DNA of 64,000 nucleotides from Octopus sinensis (GCF_006345805.1 NC_042997.1:85684001-85748000), one strand, 5' to 3'; positions 1 through 13,040 are shown, numbered from the stretch's first letter. Translations and numbers: made by a program. The notes: generated from the sequence alone by a model not told the origin.

Positions 1-665
1 TACTTATGTACTCCTCTTTGTTTTCATTTTGTTTTCATTTTTTACATTCTCTGAACAACTTGTCTCAGATTTATCATTTGGTCAAAAGATTATATTTCCC
101 TGTTTGTTTAGCATTTTTTTTTATTATCAACCTTACATAACTTTTACCTATCTTTGTTCATTTTTTTTTTTATGTCTACTCAACAACACCGAGCTGTTGA
201 CACTGCCTGATTGAACAATATTGTCAGATGCTGAAATTCTGAAGATATTCGGTCAACATCTGTGTGGAAGCTCATCAATGGACTGAACCACATACTGCAT
301 TACACTCATTCTAAGTGAGATTTGTTTAAGCAGTGATCATGTCTGTGAAATTCTAAGCCACTTATAAATAATTCAATGAGTAAGTAGTTCATTTGGTGAA
401 ACAAGAAAACTCATTGGCAAAAGTGACAGAGATCCATTTACGACGACAACGACGACGACGATGGATGGAGTCTCACATCATAGACAATGTGTGCGTATTC
501 AGGCTTTGCTGATTGACCTGCACAAATGATTTGTTTATGGTGATGAAATGTACATACTGTACATCAGCTCACTCCCTCCATCAAATCAACATTGTCTGTA
601 CAAGTGTACTAGTGTGCCACATATCAGACGTCGAAATAATTGGTGAAATGTTGTCTCATCTGTCT

Positions 666-1105
666 ATGATTTTCAGGTGTTTTAACAGCCAGCGCTTTGA
701 GGGAGGCATCCCCACCATGCTAAATTGCATCCTGGTGAAGAACAAGCAAAGAACATGCTTGAAGAACAAGCAAAGAATATATGGATGGTTGATGATGTTT
801 ACAACACTAGGACCACTTCTAATTCATATTTGAATATATTCTTATGTATGCACTGTCAGCATATGGTTTTAACATCATTTGTATAGTCATGGACTGGCGA
901 TTCAGTTCACCTCCAATTTAGTCCAGGTGCATGATGTTGATAAACAGCAAAATGGTGAAACATTGATGTCTATTGTTCTTGAATGAAATTTAGGGAGAGT
1001 TATCACACTTATGTATGACTTTCAGGTGTTTTAACAGCCACTGCTTTCAAAGAGACATCCCCGCCACATTAAATTGCAGCCTACTGGCAAACAAGCAGAG
1101 CATGT
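666..1105. repeat. Diverged direct duplication of about 90 bp (666-~760 and 1015-~1105)
   Basis: ATGATTTTCAGGTGTTTTAACAGCCAGCGCTTTGAGGGAGGCATCCCC versus ATGACTTTCAGGTGTTTTAACAGCCACTGCTTTCAAAGAGACATCCCC, offset 349 bp. Confidence 0.8.
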
Positions 1106-1122
1106 ATATTTAGTATGTGTAA

Positions 1123-1146
1123 TATATATATATATAGATATATATA

Positions 1147-1183
<37 letters not shown>

Positions 1184-1275
1184 CCATGTGCCTTTACATA
1201 CGTGTGTATGTTTGAGGTGTGTGTGTGTGTGTGTGTGTGTGTGAGTGCATGCGTGTGTGAGTGCGTGTGTGTGTG
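1123..1275. repeat. Compound (TA)n/(TG)n microsatellite
   Basis: Direct reading of dinucleotide runs. Confidence 0.95.
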
Positions 1276-1277
1276 AA

Positions 1278-1612
1278 GGCACATGGCTCAATGGTTAGAG
1301 CATCGGGCTCACAATCATGAGGTAGTGGGTTCAATTCCCAGACAAGACTGTGTGTTGTATTCTTGAGCAAGACACTTTATTTCACGTTCCTCCAGCTCAC
1401 TCAGCTGTAGAAATGAGTTGCGACATCACTGGTGCCAAGCTGTACCAGCCTTTGCTTTTCCTTTCAATAACATTATTGACATGTAGAGAGGGAGACTGGC
1501 ATGCATGGGTGACTGCTGGTCTTCCATAAATAACCTTGCCCAGACTTGGGCATTGGAGGGGAACTTTCTAGGTGCAATCCCATGGTCATTCATGAATGAA
1601 GGGAGTTTTTAT
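1278..1612 (+). mobile_element. tRNA-derived SINE
   Basis: A-box-like TGGCTCAATGG and B-box-like GGTTCAATTCC, followed by the body TTGAGCAAGACACTTT...CACTCAGCTG shared with the copy at 2070. Confidence 0.75.
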
Positions 1613-1619
1613 CCCCCAC

Positions 1620-1651
<32 letters not shown>

Positions 1652-1904
1652 CACACATACATGCAAATGTATTCTTTTATTGCCTTTAGAGAAAAAGTTG
1701 TGGCCCCATTGAAACCCAACTACTATGGTATGGTTGATTCCATTGACACCCTGGTACTAATTTTATTGACCAGTAATCATATTTAACTTTAATGAAGGAT
1801 GAATGGCTAAATGGGTTTCGACAGTATCTGATCATGGAATGTAAAAAGAAATAATCAAATGCCACATGGTATTTTGTCCCCCAATATTGCTATCCACTTG
1901 TCTT

Positions 1905-2055
1905 TACGGCTGTCTTTACATTCTGAGTTCAAATTCTGCCAAGGTCAACTTTGCCTTTCATCCTTTCGGGGTTGATAAATTAAGTGCCAGTTGTGTACTG
2001 GGGTCAATCTAATCGACTGGTCCCCTCCCCCAAAATTGTGCCTAGAGTAAAAAAA
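1905..2055 (+). mobile_element. SINE body, CTGAGTTCAAATTC...TTTGCCTTTCATCCTTTC family
   Basis: The same body recurs at about 36680, 39720, 44900, 45100, 47690 and 47930 (+) and 2465, 40460 and 49010 (-). Confidence 0.8.
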
Positions 2056-2069
2056 AATATATTATCCAC

Positions 2070-2375
2070 TCGTGGCTGAGTGGTTAGGGTATTCAGCTCA
2101 CAACCATAAGGTCATGAGTTCAATTCCTGGTGATTTATTGCGTCCTTGAGCAAGACACTTTACTTTATGGTGCACAAGTTCACTCAGCTGGAAAAAATAA
2201 GTAGTACCTGTATTTCAAAGGGCCAGCCTTATCCCTTTCTACATCATGCTGAATCTCCCTGAGATCTACATTAAGAGTATACATGTCTGTAGAGTGCTGA
2301 GCCACATGCATGTTGACTTCATGAGCAAGCTGTTCCATTGATTGGATCAACCCTTGTCATCGTAACCAATGGACT
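2070..2375 (+). mobile_element. tRNA-derived SINE
   Basis: TGGCTGAGTGG A-box, GAGTTCAATTCC B-box, TTGAGCAAGACACTTT body. Confidence 0.7.
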
Positions 2376-2959
2376 ATCAGTTTTGTATTTTATTAGTTAC
2401 AAATGAATTCTCATGATCCTTTACTGCCCTCTGCAAAATGACACAAAAATTTACCACTCCTGCCATCATATTGATTTCAAATATTGGCACAAAGCCAGCA
2501 ATTTCGGAGGAGGGGATAAGTCAATTACTGGTACTTATTTCATAGACCCCCAAAAGGATAAAAGGCGAAGTTAACTCTGGTGGTATTTGAACTCATAACA
2601 AATTTGGAAAAAATGTTGCTAAACATTTTTCCAAGTGCAGGAACGATTTTAAACTCACTGCCTTTTTTAAAAGATTGGTTTGCTACTTTGATGGTAACTG
2701 AACTCACACACCAATATTATGATGTCAAGAGGTCTGCAATTTTATCCAAAGTAACACACCCACTATCATATTCTTCAGAGTATGAGGCCAAGAATGTTTT
2801 GAAATATTAATGGATTTGGAAATATTATAGTTCCAAACAACAGAAAAATGTAATAAGAATATAAGGAAATATGAGCAATATAACATGTTTGAAAGAAAAT
2901 AAACCTCCCTTCACACACACACACACACACACACATACACACACATATATATATATCAT

Positions 2960-3470
2960 CACCATCATCATCATCATCACCATTTAGCATCTACCTTCCA
3001 TGTTGACAGTTTGACTGAAACTGGTAAACTGGAGAGCTGCACCAGGTTCCAGTCTGATTTGGCATGGTTTCTACGGCTGGAGGCATTTCCTAACACCAAC
3101 TACTCCAAGAGTGCTTTTTACATGTCACTGGCATGGGTACCAGTTATGTGACACCAGTATCAGCCATGACTACAATTTCACTTGGCTTGATAGGTCTTCT
3201 CAAGTACGCCATATCGCCAAAGATTTTGCTCACTTGTCATTGCCTCTGTGAGGCCCAATGTTCAAAGATTCACCATCTCGTCCCATGTCTTCCTGGGTCT
3301 ACCTCTTTCACAGGTTCCTTCCACAGACTGGTACTTCTTTACACAGCTGTCCTCATCCATATGCACCACATGAAGATACCAGTGCAGTCATCTCTCCTGC
3401 ACACCACATTTGATGCTTCTTATGCCCAACTTTTCTCTGAAGACGCTTACACTTTGTTGTACATACACAC
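2960..3470 (-). mobile_element. 5'-truncated RTE LINE fragment (ORF C-terminus, 3' UTR and (GAT)n tail), diverged
   Basis: Aligns by eye to 60600-60900 (CTTCCTGGGTCTACCTCT = GRPRK region; CACACCACATTTGATGCTTCTTA); (CAT)n tail on the plus strand at about 2960. Confidence 0.8.
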
Positions 3471-3599
3471 CCTCTATAGCAAGAGAAATGTACTGGCCCT
3501 GCTATCATACATTAGTCTCTCAGCACCTGACAGAGCCACTTTCTGTCTATAATGCTCCCACTACAACTCCTGGTGGGTGGCTTTTACCTTTCTTCCTTT

Positions 3600-3880
3600 T
3601 ATATTCTTTTTCAGTCTTGCAAATTACTTGACAACCTCACTAATGCTGGTGGTATGTAAAAAAGTACCCAGTACACACTATAAGATGGTTGGCATTAGAA
3701 AGGGCATCCAGCAGTAGTAAACATGTAATCATGTGAAAGCACTGGAGCTCAACACAACCCTTCAAGTTACCAGATCCAGTCTAACTGTTCAATTCATGCC
3801 AGCATAGAAACAGATGTTAAATGACGATGGTGATAATGATAATGATGACGGCAATGGTGATGATGATGATGATGATGATA
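3600..3880 (+). mobile_element. RTE-type 3' tail (short copy or RTE-mobilised SINE)
   Basis: GGTTGGCATTAGAAAGGGCATCCAGC...CATGCCAGCATAGAAACAGATGTTAAAT followed by (GAT)n. Confidence 0.75.
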
Positions 3881-4564
3881 TGTATATATGGATTGTGGGT
3901 TTGGGATTTTGTGTGTGTATGTATTTGTGCATTTATGTATACATGAGTTTAGGTACATGTATATTGTTAAAACAGAACAAATACACTTTATATTGAGTTG
4001 CTTTGTCAATAAATGTCTCTGATGATTTTAATCTAACTCATATATTAAGTCTGTGCATTTGTGAGAGGAAGAGAGAGAGAGATAGTTTTGTATGTAAATA
4101 GACACCCATAAAACAGATCAGTTTAAAGAGTGAACAAAATTGAATTTAAATGTTAAAATCACATGATATTGTCAAAAGATGCACCATGAATTCGTAATGG
4201 TTCTACAAATTTTCAAGATATTATTTGTTAATCAAATAACTGTTAAAATCTTTAAAGATGGAAAATTTTTCCTGATAGTTCTAATTGGTTTGTTTATCTC
4301 AGTAGAATCGAATTAACTTTTGTCAGGTTATTATTTAAAGGTCTTGAAGCAAATAATCAGAACAGTCAGACAACTCAATTAATCATAAAACTAAATTAAA
4401 ATTGTAGCAGAGAAGAACGATCAAAGTCTGGTGAATGTAAACTGAGATTTTCTCTTCCTTTTCATCACTGATCAATGAATGCATATGCATGTATTTGTGT
4501 AAAGCATGATAAATATATCCAGAGTACTTTAAGTGTGTGTGTACATATATATATGCATATATAT

Positions 4565-4800
4565 ATACATGGCACGTAAAAAGCACCATCCGATCGTGGC
4601 CATTTGCCAGCCTCGTCTGGCACCTGTGCAGGTGGCACATAAAAAGCACCCACTACACTCACGGAGTGGTTGGCATTAGGAAGGGCATCCAGCTGTAGAA
4701 ACAGTGCCAGATCAGACTGGGCCTGGCGCAGCCTTCTGGCTTCCCAGACCCCAGATGAACCATCCAACCCATGCTAGCATGGAAAACAGACGTTAAACGA
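4565..4800 (+). mobile_element. RTE 3' UTR fragment, same family as 50.3 and 59.9 kb
   Basis: Close reverse-complement match to 59930-60150 (AAAAGCACCATCCG.TCGTGGCC, GGCTTC.CAGACCC). Confidence 0.9.
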
Positions 4801-5037
4801 TGCACAGACACATGCACACACACATATATATAAATGCACATACAAGGGCCTTCCACACAGTTTCTATCAACCAAATTCACTCACAAGGCATTGGTTACCA
4901 TAGAACTTTACAGAAAACACTTGACCAGGTATGAGTCTGTGTATGCATACATATATATATATATATGCATTAGTGTGTGTATGTGAGTATATATATATAT
5001 ATGTGTGTATATATATATGTATGTATATCCAGTTATA

Positions 5038-5472
5038 TTGGGTTGTCCGGAAATTTCTTGCCAATTTATATTAGCTTACATTTCGACTTATTTTAGAACA
5101 TAGTTGAGTCCATAAAATAGGATTTTACTACACCTCCATTTAAAGCACAGTTTGAGCTATCTTTCCGTGGAAGAAAATATTGCTGCAGTTCAGCTGGGAT
5201 GTGTTATCCCACCCTCCATATTCACCAGATATTGCTCCTTCGGATTTCCACTTATTCAGGTTTCTGAAGAATAGTCTTAGTGGTAAAAAGTTCAATTCCT
5301 TGGATGATGTGAAAAGATACCTGGGAAGAGGATATTTTCAAGTTAAAGGAAAGGTGGAGACACACTGTGCAACAAAATGGTTCATATTTGGTTGATTAAA
5401 AATGTAATGGCAAGTATTTATTGGCCTTTTTCTTTCCTTTAAAAATCAGCACAAACTTTCTGGAGAACCCAA
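5038..5472 (+). mobile_element. Internally deleted mariner-family DNA transposon
   Basis: TA|TTGGGTTGTCCGGAAA ... TTTCTGGAGAACCCAA|TA imperfect TIRs with TA flanks; frame 5180-5395 encodes WDVLSHPPYSPDIAPSDFHLF, the mariner catalytic-domain motif. Confidence 0.9.
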
Positions 5473-6496
5473 TACATAGTGAGAGAAATAGTATGATGAA
5501 ATTTATTTAACTATAAGAAAACTCAGATATCACAACAAATTGTTTTGTAACTTAAAGCATGTAAATATGATTTATCTATATATAGACATGCATGCACACA
5601 CACATATTTATGCATGTACGTATTCATGTATGTATGTATATATGTATGTATGCATGTATCTATGTATGCATGCATGTATGTATGCATATATCTATGTATG
5701 TATGTATGTATGTATGTATGTATGTATGTATGTATGTATGTATGTATTGCAGTTGTCATGATGTTTTCTATCTCTTTCTCTCTTTATCTCTCTTTCTCTT
5801 CTCTTCCTCCTTATGTTCCTATTGCCTTCCATGTTATAAATTGCCATAAAATTGTTTGAGTGGAGGAAAGTAGTGGAGGAGTCACACTCAGTTATATTAG
5901 AAATAATATATTTTCAGTTCAAAAGTGAAATAAATTGGTTGTATGTAAGGCCTAATGTTCCAAGTAGAGACTTTTGTTAGAGAATAAAGTGTAATGCCCA
6001 GAATGGTACATTTTTCTTCCTCATACGAAGCTAAACTATTCCACTTTTATACTATAATGCATTTAGCCTGCAGTTTAATATCATTCCATTATCATTTTCA
6101 GACAATGAGCATATCTCTCTGAGGTTGCTCAACCTGCTACAAATAGCAACCAAATTTCCCTCAAATCACAATATAACTTCTTAAATAAAGGACGCATTAG
6201 ATTAGGTAGTCCTACAGGCCTCTGAAAGGATGGAAGAGTTTTTTGACCTAAGTAAAAATAACAAACCACCACCACTACCACCACCACCAACAACAACAAC
6301 AACAACAACAACAACCATTACTGCTTGCACAGCTTTACTACCCTCTTTTTTTTTCAAGACATGTTATTGATTATAGCAACTGGAATCATATTCCTGATTT
6401 TACCCAAAATCCAATACAACCCACTTTAAACAGTTACTTAATTCCATTTGCTTCTAATCAAAACCATCTTAAAACAGAGTATCAGATAAACAGTCA

Positions 6497-6528
<32 letters not shown>

Positions 6529-6529
6529 G

Positions 6530-7330
6530 GGAGAATTCACAAAAAACAAAGGACGAAGACAGGTGGTGTAGACAACAAACAGATGTATTAGTTTAACGCT
6601 CAGGAAGTGAAAAAGTCTTTAATGTTTCGAGCCTATATTCTTCCAAAGAAAGGAACACAGAAAGAAACAAGGATAGAAAATAAAGAATGTGTAGAGGCTA
6701 GCGATCTATCATGGCGAATGCCGGACAGAGGCTTCACACAGGAGAGCTTGGAAAAAGGCGATATGATAAAGTAGTGGTGATCCCAAAACGAAGGTGTGCG
6801 TACATGTGTATAAGAGAGCATGTATGTGCATGTGGAAGAGGGCTGGTGACATTGATGTGTGCATGTGTGTATGTGTAGGTGTGTGGATGTGGGGCTGGGA
6901 AGTGGTCAGTGCTAGTGTGTGCGTGGTGGTGTGATGTGATATGATGTGGTGTTGTGTGGCATGATAGTGTATGGTGTAGTGGTGTGTAGTGTGGTGTGAT
7001 GGTGTTGGGATGTGGAAGAGGCGAGAGTGGGAAAAGCAAGGGTGGGGTGTGGGTTAGGCTGATGATAGGAGTAGAGGTGGGGGTATGTGGGTGGGCTGAG
7101 GGTGGGGGTAGAGGTGGGGAATGTGGGAGTGGGTGTAAGGGAAGGGGTAGGGTGGAATGGATGGGATGGATAAGGAAGGTGGGGTTGGATTGTGTACGGG
7201 TGGGGTTACGAGGGAGGGGTGATGATGAAGGGAGACAGGGTACGTGAGTAATACATATCTCTCCTTTCATGTTTGTCTAAATAACTATCAACCTGTATCT
7301 CTGGAAGTTTTATGGTGTAACTGTGATTTG
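6530..7330 (-). mobile_element. Probable PLE-derived non-autonomous element with a degenerate hammerhead-like motif and a G-rich core
   Basis: Minus strand 6617-6652 reads CTTTGGAAGAATATAGGCTCGAAACATT; the same terminal sequence recurs in + orientation at 8630-8790; purine/GT-rich tract 6830-7240. Confidence 0.55.
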
Positions 7331-7389
7331 CCTTTAAATTTGTCAGTAGGGAAGAAATTCAGCAAGTGTGACCTTTCCAAATAAATTTA

Positions 7390-7633
7390 TATCTTATTTG
7401 CTGCTGCTGCTGTTGCTGCTTCTGTTGTTGTTGCTGTCGGTGGTGGTAGTGGTGGCAGCGGTGGTGGTGGTGGTGGTAGTGTTATTGTTAATGTTACTAC
7501 TACTACTACTATCATTATTATTATCATCATCATTATCAACAGACTATCATAATCATTATTATTATTATCATTATTATAAACATGATCATCATGATATTCA
7601 TCATCATTCTTCTTCTTCTTCTTCTTCTTCTTC

Positions 7634-7674
<41 letters not shown>

Positions 7675-8210
7675 GTTGTTGTTGTTATTACTTATCTTCA
7701 TCATATAATGATGTACATGAAAATCAAGGATGAAATTGATGATAATAATAAGCAACGTTAACATCATCATAAACAGTATTTATATCCTTAAAGATTACTT
7801 AGATTGTTATTTTACCTATCATAATTTCTATTGCCATTATCATCACCAGTATCGTTGTCATCATCGTCATCATGATCACCATCATCATCATCATCATTAA
7901 TCGCATGCTTCACTTCATTCTCTACCTCATTATCAATAATCATCAATCCATGTTGTTGCCATTAGCAACACTTATCATCATTATCATCATCATCACCACC
8001 ACTACCATCATCCCCACCTCCACCTCCACCACCAGCATCATCATCATTGTCAATATCATTACTATCACCACAACACACACCACCACTACCACTACCACTG
8101 CCGCCTTCACCATCACCACCACAACCATGATGATCGATCATCATTATCACCGCCTCCACATACCACCACTACCACCACCACCACCACCATCATCATCATC
8201 ATATTTTCTC
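7390..8210. repeat. Mosaic trinucleotide microsatellite block (GCT/GTT/GGT/CTA/TTA/TCA/TTC/CAC)
   Basis: Direct reading. Confidence 0.95.
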
Positions 8211-8389
8211 TTAATCCTCCTTTTCCCACTTTCACTTTCCCTTTTACACAAGAAAGGTTCCCATAATTTTGACTGGTTGTGTGCATGTATGCATACATGC
8301 GTATCAGTGCACACATTTGTCAGCCAGCAGGGGATAAAATGTGTGTGTGTGTGTAGCATCTCCTGATGACTATATATATATATTCTTTT

Positions 8390-8860
8390 ATTAGTTTTAC
8401 TTGTTTCAGTCATTTGACTTTGGCCATGCTGGAGCACTGCTCTGAAGGATTTTAGTTGAACAAATCGATCCCAGGACTTATTTTTTCTAAGCTTAGTACT
8501 TATTCTATTGGTCTCCTTTGCTAAACCACTAAGTTACAGGGACATAAACACACCAACACTGGTTGTCAAGCAATGATGGGGAGACAAACAAAGATACAAA
8601 GACACACATATATAAACATATATATTATTTGCCTCTCTGTTTATTTTCTCTTATTCCTTTCTGTTGAAGAGTGTAGGATCAAAACATAAAAGACCTTTAC
8701 ACTTTCCTGAGCATCAAACTAATACACCTGTTTGTTCTTCATATATCCGTCCTCATCTTTTGTTTTTCTATAAATTTGAACTATATATATGTATATGTGT
8801 GTGTGTTTGTGTATACAAATACACACACACGATGGGCTTCATTTAGTTTCCATCTACCAA
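8390..8860 (-). mobile_element. tRNA-derived SINE with internal microsatellite, interrupted by a PLE-like fragment (8620-8790)
   Basis: TTTCAGTCATTTGACT..GGCCATGCTGGAGCAC tail half, and a GATGGGCTTC...CTACCAAA fragment of the head half, matching the full copy at 11085-11512. Confidence 0.75.
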
Positions 8861-9289
8861 AACCACACAGCCACATATGTATACATATCATCATCATCAT
8901 AATTAAACATCTGTCTTCTATGCAGGCATTAGTTGGATTTTGACAGGAGCTGGTAAGCCAGAGGACTACACCATAGGCCACTGTCTACTTTGGCATGGTT
9001 TATAAAGCTGGATGCCCTTCTAAAAACCAACCACATTACTGAATGGACTGGGTGCTTTTTACATGGCACCAGCACCAGTGAGGTCACCAAGTAACTTGCA
9101 AGACAAAGATCTCTCAAGAGATGGTGGGTTATTAAAGGAGGTAGCTTTGTGCTAGGTGATGAGAGCTTAGAGTATGACAGAGGAACAGAAGCAGGTGTCT
9201 TGCTGTAGAGGAAATACATAGTTACCCCAGCTGGAGGGAGGGAGAATATATACTATAGTCTGTCATTGTATTTATCAACAGGTTCTTTC

Positions 9290-9570
9290 TTTTCCTCATA
9301 TATCATCATCATCAATGGCATCATTATCATGTTTATCAACATCTGTTTCAAAATCATTAACATCATCATCATTACTACCATTGTCCTCTTCAACAGTGTC
9401 ATCTTTATCTTCCTCACCACCACCATCATCATCATTATTGTCATCATAATCATCAACAACATCAGTATCATCATCATCACCAACACCATTATCAACATCA
9501 TCATCATCTTCGTCATCTTCATAATCATAGTCATCATCATTGTTGTTGTCATCATGTTTATCAACATTAG
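9290..9570. repeat. (CAT)n-type degenerate trinucleotide repeat
   Basis: Direct reading. Confidence 0.9.
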
Positions 9571-9789
9571 AAAAACAGATAGCTGTACTTTATTGAATTA
9601 TTGTATTATTTAAGTTGATATCATTCAAAGTTTTCTTTGGCAAAGAATGATAAGGCTTTATTGTTTGTTGTTTTTTACGTTTTTTTTTCAAATGTTAAAG
9701 TATGATCTTCAGTTAGCCTTTAAAAAAATGCTATCTTATTTGTGTAACAGTATTTCTATTTCATCCTCCTCATCATCATTATTGTCATC

Positions 9790-10010
9790 CCCCTGTGACC
9801 GCGTGTGTACCGTTGGTGATTTTTTTCCTCCGTCTTCCCTTCTCTGGATCTTTCCTTTTCCTATGTTTCTGACAAAGAGCTCCACTCGAAACGTAAAACC
9901 CTCCTTCTTCCCTTCCTTCCTGAGCATCCAATAATACTATATTTGTTCCACGTCCTCACATTGTTGTGTTTTCTCTTTGTGTTTTCATGTTTGGATTAAC
10001 TTTATATTTC
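9790..10010 (+). mobile_element. PLE-type terminal repeat fragment with a minimal hammerhead-like motif (9865-9899)
   Basis: GTTT CTGACAA A GAG CTCCA CTC GAAACGTA AAAC: stem I GTTT/AAAC and stem II GAG/CTC; core CUGANGA altered to CUGACAA. Confidence 0.6.
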
Positions 10011-10490
10011 TATATATATGAATTACTTATAAGGATTCAATAAAATCTAGGCACATCAACACACAGAATGCCAGAAATGGCTAGGTACAATAATATAGAG
10101 TTCACAGTGAGTTACACAATAATGAAAAGTATCACTTGTCGGTAGAATACTGCAGATATGTAAGTACCAAATCCGTTTTAAACTTTAGCTTAAACTCTTG
10201 AGTTGGTTCCAGGCATGGCATAGGAATGAAAGAACAGAAATGGCATTTTAAATTTATGACAGTTGTTTTGGCAGAATTTTATTGATATCTTCATAGATTC
10301 TTCATAACATTGAATTCATCATGTTCAATGTATGAAGTCTCACCTGTTAGAAATTTTATCGGTTTAAAATTTCACCTGAAGATAGTGGATTATATGATAT
10401 GAACTAATTTATGAATACATCCAGAAAATTTACCAAAACGCCCATCTTATATTTTAAATGCCATTTGTATTCTCTTTATATACATACATG

Positions 10491-10549
<59 letters not shown>

Positions 10550-10579
10550 TATACACATATATATATGTATATATCAACC

Positions 10580-10775
10580 ACTTTGAGAGTGTAAAAAGCA
10601 CCCACTACACTCTCTCAGAGTGGTTGGCATTAGGAATGGCATCCAGCTGTAGAAACCTTGCCAAATCAGACTGGAGCCTGGTGCAGCCTCCCAGACTGCC
10701 AGTTCTCAGTCAAACTATCCAACCCATGCCAGCATGGAAAACAGACGTTGAACAATGATGATGATGATGAGGATT
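10580..10775 (+). mobile_element. RTE-type 3' tail copy
   Basis: AAAAGCACCCACTACAC...GGCATTAGGAATGGCATCCAGCTGTAGAAACC...CATGCCAGCATGGAAA followed by (GAT)n. Confidence 0.8.
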
Positions 10776-11084
10776 TTATATATATATATATATATATAGT
10801 TAGTAAATCATAAATCAGGGTCTGAAAAGATGCTGTAAAGCTAAGCGCTTTGTAGACATGAAACCCTGGGTAACCCCATACACCGGCCATAAGTATCTTT
10901 AGCTGAAATATATATGGCTTTTTTGGACTGGCCCTTCCAAAGAAGGATTAATCTCAACGATAATGACATGAAACTATTATGATCTCTTGGATTCTGTCTG
11001 ATGAGGAACTAGCTATGAATTTTCTGTTTGTGTTTTTGTCAAAAGTATATTTTTAGAAAAAGCCTTGAAATATATATATATATA

Positions 11085-11512
11085 CTCTTTACTCTTTTAC
11101 TCTTTTACTTGTTTCAGTCATTTGACTGCAGCCATGCTGGAGCACCACCTTTAGTCGAGCAAATCAACCCCGGGACTTATTCTTTGTAAGCCCAGTACTT
11201 ATTCTATCGGTCTCTTTTTGCCAAACTGCTAAGTGACAGGGATGTAAACACACCAGCATTGGTTGTCAAGCAATGATAGGGGGACAAACACAGACACACA
11301 AACATATACACACACATACACATATATATATATATATACATGTATAAGACAGGCTTCTTTCAGTTTCTGTCTACCAAATCCACTCACAAGGCATTGGTCA
11401 GCCCGGGGCTATAGCAGAAGACACTTGCCCAAGATGCCACGCAGTGGGACTGAACCCGGAACCATGTCGTTGGTAAGCATGCTACTTACCACACAGCCAC
11501 TCCTGTGCCTAT
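11085..11512 (-). mobile_element. Full-length tRNA-derived SINE with internal (CA/TA)n and (TAAAAGAG)n tail
   Basis: Minus-strand head AGGAGTGGCTGTGTGGTAAG...GGTTCAGTCCC and plus-strand (ACTCTTTT)n tail at about 11085; paralogues at 28330, 32710, 44405 and 58510. Confidence 0.9.
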
Positions 11513-11536
11513 ATAGTAATAATAATAATAATAATA

Positions 11537-11573
<37 letters not shown>

Positions 11574-11588
11574 TTTGGGAATATTATT

Positions 11589-12124
11589 CCAAACTTACAG
11601 GGAAAAATTCAATTTAGTAATACTAAATCAAATTTCACAATATATAATATATGTATATAAATTAGAGAAGAACTACCTTTTATCAATTCAACAATGAAAT
11701 AACAATGATATAATTCAATTACACCATATAGAAAAAAATTAAATATACAATAAAAACATATACCAATAATTAAGTAAAGTACAAAATAATAAATAAAATG
11801 TATATAATCGGTAAAAAGACTACACGTGTTTCATGAAGAAAAGATGGTTCTTGTGTAGTCTTTTTACCAATTATATACTTTTCATTTATTATTTTGTACT
11901 TTACTTAATTATTGGTATATGTTTTTATCATATATTTAATTTTTTCCTATATGGTATAATTTGATTATATCATTGTTATTTCATTGTTGAATTGATAAAA
12001 GGTGGTTCTTCTCTAATTTATATACATATATTATATATATAATATATATATAAATTAGAGAGAACCAGTATTATTATGTGAAATTTGATTTAATACTAAA
12101 TTGAATTTTTCCCTGTAAGTTTGG
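11589..12124. repeat. Long inverted repeat (arms 11589-11825 and 11853-12124), probably PLE-derived, flanked by (AAT)n and (ATT)n
   Basis: CCAAACTTACAGGGAAAAATTC...GGTAAAAAGACTACAC is mirrored by GTGTAGTCTTTTTACC...GAATTTTTCCCTGTAAGTTTGG. Confidence 0.92.
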
Positions 12125-12136
12125 AGTTATACTCCC

Positions 12137-12330
<194 letters not shown>

Positions 12331-12539
12331 GTGTGTGTCTGTGTCTGTGTGTCTGAATGTGCATGTTTGTGTGTCCTTGTCTTGTGATTGTATGTTGTTT
12401 AAATATAAACAACAATGTCACACAAAATTGGTGTCATTCATTTTGCAACCTTGAAGAAATATTACTTTGCATGGAAACAAGTGAGGGTTGATGACAGGAA
12501 TGTGCCTCAATGAAAACTCCTCTGAACCATGCAAGTGTG

Positions 12540-12862
12540 GAAAAGTAGACATTAAAGCAATGATGGGGATGACGGCAATGTCAATGACGACAACAATGTT
12601 GATGACAACGACAATGATGACAGCAACGATGATGTTGATGATGATGATGATGACAATGATGATGTTGATGATGGTGATTATGACAATGATGGCAATGACA
12701 ACAATGACAACGATGATGATAGTGATGATGATGATGATGATGATGATGATGACAACAATAATGATGATGATGACGATGATGGCAACAATGACAACAGTAA
12801 CAACAGTAACAATGACAATGACAATAACAACAACAATGATGATAGACAATGATCATGCTGCT

Positions 12863-12893
<31 letters not shown>

Positions 12894-12965
12894 ATGATGT
12901 TGATGATGATGATGAGATGATGATGATGATGATGATGATATGATGATGATGATGATGATGATGTC

Positions 12966-12997
<32 letters not shown>

Positions 12998-13040
12998 CGA
13001 CAATGATGATGATGACGATGATGATGATGATGATGACAAC
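12540..13040. repeat. (GAT/GAC/AAC)n degenerate trinucleotide array
   Basis: Direct reading. Confidence 0.95.

Noticed and set aside
10291-10343. Minus-strand terminal exon candidate GETSYIEHDEFNVMKNL*
   Set aside because: Too short, no linked upstream exon, and compatible with chance in AT-rich DNA
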